From positions 1-64,000 of the forward strand of contig NW_021832610.1 in assembly GCF_006345805.1 (NCBI RefSeq): a stretch of 64,000 nt of DNA, written 5' to 3'. The translations under genes were made by a program, and so were the position numbers. Position 1 is the stretch's first letter. Each line of letters starts with the position of its first letter. Of this stretch, positions 57,284 to 64,000 are shown one piece after another. The DNA is from Octopus sinensis (Eukaryota). A model generated the notes under the pieces. The model did not search any database. It had not been told where the DNA came from and saw only the letters and a program-made list of their open reading frames with translations.

Positions 57284-58812
57284 GAATGTCTGGAATGTCA
57301 GGAATGTCTGGAATGTCAGGAATGTGTGGAATGTCAGGAATGTCAGTACCGTCTTTGATCTCTGTCAGCACCGTGCTTGATGTCTGTCGGCCCTCTCTTT
57401 GATCTCTGTCGGCACAGTCTTTGATCTCTGGAATGTCAGGAATATCTGGAATGTCTTGAATGTCAGGAATGTCTGGAATGTCAGGAATGTCTGGTGTGTC
57501 AGGAATGTGTGGAATGTCAGGAATGTCACTACCCTCTTTGATTTCTGTAGGCACCGTGTTTGATCTCTGTCGGCCCTCTCTTTGATCTCTGTCGGCACCG
57601 TTTTTGATCTCTGGAATGTCAGGAATGTCTGGAATATCTTTAATGTCTGGAATGTCAGGAATGTCTGGAATGTCATGAATGTCTGGAATGTCAGGAATGT
57701 CAGGAATATCAGGAATGTCAGGAATATCAGGAATGTGTGGAATGTCAGGAATGTCAGGAATGTCTGGAATATCTGGAATGTCTGGAATGTCTGGAATGTC
57801 ACGAATGTCTGGAATGTGTGGAATGTGTGGAATGTGTGGAATGTCAGGAATGTCAGTACCGTCTTTGATCTCTGTTGGCACCGTGTTTGATCTCTGTCTG
57901 CTCCCTCTTTGATCTCTGTCGGCACCGTCTTTGATCTCTGGATTGTCAGGAATGTCGGGAATATCTGGAATGTCCGGAATATCTGGAATGTCAGGAATGT
58001 CTGGAATGTCAGGAATGTCTGGAATGTGTGGAACGTCAGGAATGTCAGTACCGTCTTTGATCTCTGTCGGCACCGTCTTTGATCTCTGGAATGTCAGGAA
58101 TGTCTGGAATATCTGGAATGTCTGGAATGTCCGGAATGTCTGGAATATCTGGAATGTCAGGAATGTCTTGAATGTGACGAATGTGTGGAATGTCAGGAAT
58201 GTCTGGAATGTCATGCATGTCTGGAATTTCTGGAATGTCATGAATGCCTGGAATGTCTGGAATGTCATGAATGTCTGGAATTTCAGGAATGTCAGGAAAG
58301 TCAAGAATGTCAGCACCGTCTTTGATCTCTGTCAGCACCCTCTTTGATCTATTCGGTCCTCTCTTTGATCTCTTTCGGCATCCTCTTTGATCTCCGTCGA
58401 CACCGTCTTTGATCTCTGTCGACACTCTCTTTGATCTCTGTCGGCACGCTCTTTGATCACTTTCGGCACCCTCTTTGATCTCTGTCGGCACCCTCTTTGA
58501 TCTCTGTCGGCACTATCTTCGATATATGTCGGCACCGTCGCTGATCTATGTCGGCACTCTCTTTGATCTCAGACGGAACGCTCTTTGATCTCTTTCGGCA
58601 CGCTCTTTGATCTCTTTCGGCACCCTCTTTGATCTCTGTCGTCACAGTCTTTGATCTCAGGAATGTCAGGAATGTCTGGAATGCCTGGAATGTCAGGAAT
58701 GTCTGTAATGTGTGGAATATGTGGAATGTCTGGAATGTCAGGAATGTCTGGAATGCCAGGAATGTCTGGAATTTCTGGAATGTCTGGAATATCAGGAATG
58801 TCGGCACCCTCT
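57284..58812 (-). repeat. Satellite B block copy 4, inverted, joined to non-satellite DNA
   Basis: Same C|B junction (ATTATTACTATTTTTAG|AATGTC); ends TCGGCACCCTCT then non-repetitive sequence. Confidence 0.92.
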
Positions 58813-58929
58813 GTTTCATGTGTGTATGTTAAATCCGCAAATTTCGAAGCGGAAAACAGGATCGAACTGTCATTTGCTTCCACGGAAATACCCGATAAAG
58901 TGTTTTGATTTTGTCGAGTTTGGACACTA

Positions 58930-59403
58930 AACTCTGCTTGCGAAGACTTGTTGAGGCGAGTGAAATCGAAATCGAAATCAAATTCGATGACTGGCATCCG
59001 TGCTATCGTTCCCAGAGCAAGAAGCTTGCCTCCGTGCCGATGGGCACGTAATAAGCACTATTCGAGCGTGATCGTTACCTGCGTCGTCTTACTGGTACAG
59101 GAAAAAACATTCGAGCAACGTCGTTGCCAGTGCCACTGGACTGGCTCCTGTGCAGGTGACACATAATAAGCACCATTTGAGCGTGGCCACTGCCAGTACC
59201 GCCTGACTGGCCGTTGTACCGGTGGCACGTAAAAGCACCCACTACACTCTCGGAGTGGTTGGCGTTAGGAAGGGCATCCGGCTGTAGAAATTCTGCCAGA
59301 TCAGATTGGAGTCTGGTGCAACCATCTGGTTCGCCACTCCTCAGTCAAATTGTCCAACCCATGCTAGCATGGAAAGCGGACATTAAACGATGATGATGAT
59401 GAT
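58930..59403 (+). mobile_element. Retroposon (SINE-like or LINE 3' end) with ~60-bp internal subrepeats and a (GAT)n tail
   Basis: Subrepeats GGCACGTAA.AAGCAC at ~59043, ~59158, ~59224; 14-bp palindrome CCATGCTAGCATGG (59359-59372); (GAT)5 at 59389-59403; resembles an abundant octopus repeat (recalled, not searched); 5' boundary uncertain. Confidence 0.7.
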
Positions 59404-59451
59404 ATCGAAAGAATACCATACTAAGAAATGAAAAAATGCGAAATAAAAGTA

Positions 59452-59590
59452 AATATGACAACAATGAATCTATATAATTGATTATTGATAGTTTTCAGTA
59501 GATTCATTGTTGTCATATTGATTTCGATTTCGATTTGCGAAGACTTGTTGAGGCAAGTGAAATCGAAATCGAAATCAATATGACAACAAT
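59452..59590. repeat. Overlapping perfect inverted repeats (21 bp and 31 bp)
   Basis: 59452-59472 pairs with 59499-59519; 59506-59536 pairs with 59560-59590. Confidence 0.9.
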
Positions 59591-59707
59591 ATATATATAT
59601 TGTGTATGTATATACACGCACACGTAACTAAACTCGTATATGTATTAGATTTGTATGAAATAATCGAAACTGCGTTTGTGTAATGATAACAAAATATTCT
59701 TTAATGA

Positions 59708-59913
59708 AAGGCGGCCAGCTGGCAGAAGCGTTAGCACGCCGGGCGAAATGCGTTGACGTATTTCGTCTGCCGTTACGTTCTGGGTTCAAATTCCGCCGAG
59801 GTCGACTTTGCCTTTTATCCTTTCGGGGTCGATAAATTAAGATGTAATCGACTAGTTCCTTCCCCCAAATCCCAGGCCTTGTTCCTATACTACCTATAGT
59901 AGAAAGAATTATT
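59708..59913 (+). mobile_element. tRNA-derived SINE
   Basis: A-box-like TGGCAGAAGCG (59720), B-box GGTTCAAATTCC (59783-59794), central GTCGACTTTGCCTTTTATCCTTTCGGGGTCGATAAA segment like a conserved SINE central domain (recalled), ATT-rich end. Confidence 0.8.
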
Positions 59914-60328
59914 GTTTAATGCGAAATATTGTGAAAAAGAATAATTGTGCTTGAGAAAGCCACAACCATGTAGTTTGGGAAATGAGTTTGATTTTGAAAT
60001 ACGGATTTCTATTGTTTTCACCACTCATTCCAGAGATACGATTGACTGAACTTTCATACTGAATTATCAAACAGTGGATAAATCTTCTATAGCCATTTGT
60101 TCGAGATGCTACGCGTTAGGATTGAACGCAGGACTTCATCCACCACAACAATATTTACTAAAAGAATAGTTACAAAGAAAAACAAAAACAAAAGCCAAAC
60201 GGCGCTGCAAGGGAAGCAGCTCCCTTGAGTCTCCGCTATACCCCGAGAGTTACCTCCCTTAGACCGTTAACTTTAGTTAGCTAAAATTTTTTTGTTGCTT
60301 TCAAAACTTGTCCTCAAGCAGCAACGGT

Positions 60329-60515
60329 GGGAGGCGCAATGGCCCAATGGTTAGGGCAGCGGACTCGCGGTTTCGATTCCCAGACCGGGTGTTGTGTGTA
60401 TTTATCGAGCGAAAACACCTAAAGCTCCGCGAGGCTCCGGCAGGGGGTGGTGGCGACCCCTGTTGTACTTTTTCGCCCCAACTTTCTCTCACTCTTTCTT
60501 CCTGTTTCTTGTCCC
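60329..60515 (+). mobile_element. tRNA-derived SINE head and body, probably with a deletion between the boxes
   Basis: A-box TGGCCCAATGG (60340-60350), B-box-like GGTTTCGATTCCC (60369-60381); 3' boundary approximate. Confidence 0.65.
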
Positions 60516-60960
60516 CGACTTCCTACGCAACCGCTAAGCCTGGATGCGCATTCATCCATCCGTCGATGCTCTCGGTGTCGGTGGTTGACCTGCTTTCTCT
60601 TCTGCGGGTCTTACGAATAGCAAAGGACCACGTTTCGAACTTCTCCCACTGGGACGAAGACCGCTTCGCTCAACAAACAAACAAGCAGCAATGGTGTTTT
60701 GAAATATGCTGCATCCATACACTTCATTGAGTATGCACCTGGGCGATGTTTCTTGCCTTCTGGTAAAATGAGAAAATGAAACGCCTTATAAAACTTTGGT
60801 GTATGCCAGAGAGGTCAATATTTCCATAAGTGCATCTTTCTTGGAGGAACCCAAGAAAGCTAATCTCAAGTTGTCAAGCAATATAGGCGACAACAATGCA
60901 CACACATACATGGGCGAATAACACACGCGTGTGTGTGTTTGTGTCTGCCATTGCCCTTTG

Positions 60961-61466
60961 GCAATCCATCGTTTTTGATCTCGGAAATGTTCGGTAATTT
61001 CCGTAAAACACGGAATTTTGTCAGTGAACAGGTCGCGGTCTCAAAGCGACGAAAATATTTTGACAAATTAAATTTATATGTCGAAGTGAATCTAACGGTT
61101 TTTGTGTGTTTCTTAAATGGCTTACAAACACCATCCACGCTGCAATTATTTTTATTATTTTACTTCCTTTTTCAGCTCTCACACTCTCTTTCTACACGCA
61201 CACACATACATACACAGAGAAATATACATACATGCACATATATACACAAAAATATAAGCGATTCGTGAAAACATAAAACATGTATATTCATGTCTGTATG
61301 TCACTGATCAAGTCGATATTGCAAATGAAAGACAATGAATGCGTGTGTGCGACTGTGTTTTTCACTGTTCAGCTGCAAAAAATAAACATTAAAGAAATAA
61401 AAAATTTTATACGGAACTTGCCGAACAAATACTTACATTTTTCCGAGACCTAAAACGATGCATTGC
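60961..61466. mobile_element. Degenerate MITE-like element with imperfect terminal inverted repeats
   Basis: GCAATCCATCGTTTTTGATCTCGGAAA-TGTTCGGTAATTTCCGTAAAA (60961-61008) aligns to the reverse complement of 61405-61466, apart from an ~11-nt gap and a few mismatches; no coding capacity. Confidence 0.6.
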
Positions 61467-61497
61467 TAGTCTTTTTTTTTAGGAATTTCAGTGTTTG

Positions 61498-61580
<83 letters not shown>
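61498..61580. repeat. (TA)n microsatellite
   Basis: Read directly. Confidence 0.95.
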
Positions 61581-61583
<3 letters not shown>

Positions 61584-61632
61584 TGCTCTTTCCCCCTCCG
61601 TCTTCCCTTCTCTGGATCTTTCCTCTTCATAT

Positions 61633-61667
61633 GTTTCTGACGAAGAGCTCCGCTCGAAACGTTAAAC
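61633..61667 (+). ncRNA. Minimal type I hammerhead ribozyme motif, of the kind found in Penelope-like elements
   Basis: GTTT-CTGACGA-A-GAGC(TCC)GCTC-GAA-ACGT-T-AAAC: core CUGANGA and GAAA, 4-bp stem II, palindromic ACGU stem III, 4-bp stem I (GUUU/AAAC). Confidence 0.7.
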
Positions 61668-61772
61668 CCTCCTTCTTCCCTTCCTTCCTGAGTGTCCAAT
61701 AATACTATATTTGTTCCACGTCCTCGCGTTGTTGTGTTTTCTCTTTGTGTTTTCATGTTTGGATTAACAATA

Positions 61773-62168
61773 TCTTTATATATAAAAGAAGTTGTGTGTC
61801 TGTCTCCTACGATTTAGATTCCTAACTACTCCCACATTTTGCGGTGCAGTTTAACCAAAACCGGGTATCTTATAGTCGTGATTCATATCGAGCCCTTCTG
61901 GGTATTAGCGCGCGTCTACGATGAGTCTACGATTTTAAAAATAATTTACCATCATTTTTTTCTATTTTAATGCATTTTTACGCTATTATATAAGGGAAGT
62001 AACTCTCTAAAAATGTCCACGATGAGTCAACGATTTAAAAAAAAATTGACCATCATTTCTTTTCCATTTTTAATGCATTTTTTTGCTATTTTTTGTTTAT
62101 AACTCTCTAAAAATGCTTATATAGTTATTTCCCTTACAAACCCGAGCAACGCTGGGCGATACTGCTAG
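61773..62168 (+). mobile_element. Non-autonomous Helitron (~396 bp) with an internal ~101-bp tandem duplication
   Basis: A|TCTTTATATATAAAAG 5' end; subterminal hairpin CCCGAGCAACGCTGGG (62141-62156); CTAG|T 3' end (A-T insertion site); direct repeats 61914-62014 and 62015-62115. Confidence 0.8.
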
Positions 62169-62182
62169 TATATATATATATA

Positions 62183-63059
62183 TAGGGTCATTCCATAAAT
62201 AATGCAGTTTTTTTCAATTCATTGAACTAAAAGTTGGAGGGGAACGGGATAAATAACCTGCATCAATTTACTAAAAAACCAGGTAGTAATTTTAACTTGT
62301 GCTTATTCTTAGTGCAAGTTTTGAAGAGTGCAGTTCGATTTTAACTTATTTTTGCAAAGCTATAATGGAAGGGAAAATGGAGCATGTTCACCATATTTTG
62401 CTTTATGAATTCAATAAAAGCAACAACGTAATGGAAAGTGTGAGAAATATTAAAGCAGTATATGGGGATCAGACAATAAGTATAAGCCAGTGTCAATAGT
62501 GGTTCCAGAAATTCCAAGCCAGAAATTAAAGCCTAGAAGACAAACCCCGTCCTGGAAAATTTGTAAAGCATGGCGAGGACGTCCTGCAAACCCTAGTAGA
62601 ACAAAATCCCATCGTAACTGTTGAAGAACTTGCAGAGAAGCTTGGATTTGGTCATTCAACCACTCATTCATGTCAGTGCTATAAGAAAAATGACCAAATT
62701 TGGTTTCAAGATGAAAAGGGTTCTTCCGAGGATGACAGTTTGAATGGGAAACGATACCCTAACCACCATATTCGCCGGACATTACCCCATTTGCTTCTCA
62801 TTTATTGTGCAATCTTCAAAGTCATTTGGACAGAAAAAATATGAATCTGTAGACGAGGTCAGAACAGTACTGGAGGAGTATTTTTTGTCATGGACAAGTG
62901 AATTTTGGAAGAGGGGCCTTGCAAGTCTACCAGGTAGATGGAAGAGCATTGTAGAAAATGGAGTGTATATTTTAGATTAAAAAAGAACTTTGTTTATCTT
63001 AATTTTGGAAAATAAAAGAAATAATTTTAAAAAAACACATTAGTTAGGGAATGACCCAA
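62183..63059 (+). mobile_element. Tc1/mariner (mariner-like) element, internally deleted, ~877 bp
   Basis: Imperfect ~30-bp TIRs TAGGGTCATTCCATAAATAATGCAGTTTTT vs TTGGGTCATTCCCTAACTAATGTGTTTTT; TA on both flanks; transposase remnants inside. Confidence 0.88.
62365..62980 (+). pseudogene. Mariner transposase pseudogene
   Basis: N-terminal HTH HILLYEFNK...CQ*WFQKFQARN*SLEDKPRPG; second HTH VEELAEKLGFGHST; WETIP*PPYSPDITP (YSPDI at 62769-62783, the mariner YSPDL motif); C-terminus FWKRGLASLPGRWKSIVENG; stops, frameshifts, most of the DDD domain missing. Confidence 0.88.
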
Positions 63060-63063
63060 TATA

Positions 63064-63456
63064 TATTCTTTTATTTGTTTCAGTCATTTGGCTGCAGCCA
63101 TGTTGGAGCACCACCTTTAGTCAAAAAAATCGCCCCCAGGACTTATACTTTGTAAGCCTAGTACTTATTCTATTAGTCACTTTTGCCGAACCGCTAAGTT
63201 ATGGGGACGTAAACACACTAGTATCAGTTCTCAAGCGATGGTGGGGGACAAACACAGACACATAAATATATACGTACACACACACATATGTATGACGGGC
63301 TTCTTTCAGTTTCCCTCTACCAAATCCACTCAGAAGGCTTTGGTCGGCCTGAGGCTATAGTAGAAGACACTTGCCCAAGTTGCCATGCTGTGGGATTGAA
63401 CCCGGAGCCATGTGGTTGGTAAGCAAGCTTCTTACCACACAGCCACTCCTGCACCT
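63064..63456 (-). mobile_element. Apparently full-length tRNA-derived SINE with a CORE-like segment
   Basis: On the minus strand: A-box TGGCTGTGTGG (63445-63435), B-box GGTTCAATCCC (63402-63392), CORE-like GGCAACTTGGGCAAGTGTC, internal TA/TG tract, A-rich tail GAAACAAATAAAAGAATA; resembles octopus OR-type SINEs (recalled). Confidence 0.8.
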
Positions 63457-63516
63457 CATTCTCTCTCTCTCTCTCTCTGATTGATTTAAGTATGTTTCTC
63501 CATTTTCTAATTTTGT

Positions 63517-63587
<71 letters not shown>

Positions 63588-63612
63588 CATACATACATAC
63601 ATACATACATAC
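63517..63612. repeat. Compound microsatellite (TA)n-(TACA)n
   Basis: Read directly. Confidence 0.95.
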
Positions 63613-63781
63613 CTTTGAAACGCGGAGTAGACGAAACAGGGAAAGCTGAAGGGGAATATTCCTTGTGTTGTATGTCTTGTACTCTGCTTTTTTGTTGTTT
63701 GAAAAGAAGTTCGTTTCCATGTTTTTGTTTTTATGTTTTCGTTTCTCATTGTGTTCAACGTTTTTTTGATGTCCTGTTTCC

Positions 63782-63906
63782 ATATATGCATGTATATATA
63801 CATATAGATGTAGGTATGTACATATATGTATGTATATATGTATATATTTATATATTATATATATATATATATATAAATAATATATATATATATAAATAAT
63901 ATATAA

Positions 63907-63942
<36 letters not shown>

Positions 63943-63953
63943 TATATAAATAA

Positions 63954-64000
<47 letters not shown>
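63782..64000. repeat. Degenerate TA-rich microsatellite
   Basis: Read directly; runs to the window end. Confidence 0.9.

Noticed and set aside
60100-60140. Minus-strand B-box-like GCGTTCAATCC
   Set aside because: No matching A-box found; too degenerate to call a SINE
60625-60680. Possible second hammerhead (CGAAACGT on the minus strand)
   Set aside because: No CTGANGA core at a suitable distance; at most a decayed remnant
60308-61268. ORFs of 90-140 aa (60308-60730, 60866-61138, 60933-61268)
   Set aside because: They run across SINE, MITE and microsatellite sequence and show no recognisable domain
59708-63456. Functional tRNA genes at the A/B-box sites
   Set aside because: I could not form a complete cloverleaf, there is no T-run terminator after the B-box, and each continues into SINE-type body sequence
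63613-63781. Possible Penelope-like end or hammerhead remnant (GAAACGCG)
   Set aside because: The core is incomplete and the upstream part is replaced by microsatellite, so no call is supportable
1-64000. Telomeric repeat array
   Set aside because: No tandem TTAGGG or CCCTAA; only isolated hexamers (e.g. 60351 and inside the mariner TIR)

Overview
Eukaryotic, very AT-rich DNA. The dispersed SINEs look like octopus/coleoid cephalopod families, which I recognise from memory and did not verify. There is no credible protein-coding gene. Bases 1-58812 form one satellite complex made of four tandem-repeat families and a 40-bp linker: A = ATGCAAATTATG(TA)n (~20-22 bp); B = GC-richer mix of a 9-bp GACATTCCW and a 22-bp GAGATCAAAGACGGTGCCGACA unit; C = 18/20-bp AACTAAAAATAGAACAGC / AACTAAAAATAGRACAAATA; D = 13-bp AATAGAATCTATA plus (AAAT)n; J = four phased 10-bp near-palindromes. 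The blocks always occur in the order A-B-C-J-D-A with identical junction sequences. The window runs back and forth along this cassette, giving nested palindromes (~1.2-7 kb and ~15-58.8 kb), and several turn points sit on perfect hairpins. This is either a Foldback-like or template-switching structure or a long-read/amplification artefact; sequence alone cannot decide. Bases 58813-64000 are ordinary TE-rich DNA: several tRNA-derived SINEs, a MITE-like element, a minimal type I hammerhead ribozyme motif of the Penelope-like kind, a non-autonomous Helitron, an internally deleted mariner and microsatellites. Almost all ORFs in the supplied track are repeat translations.
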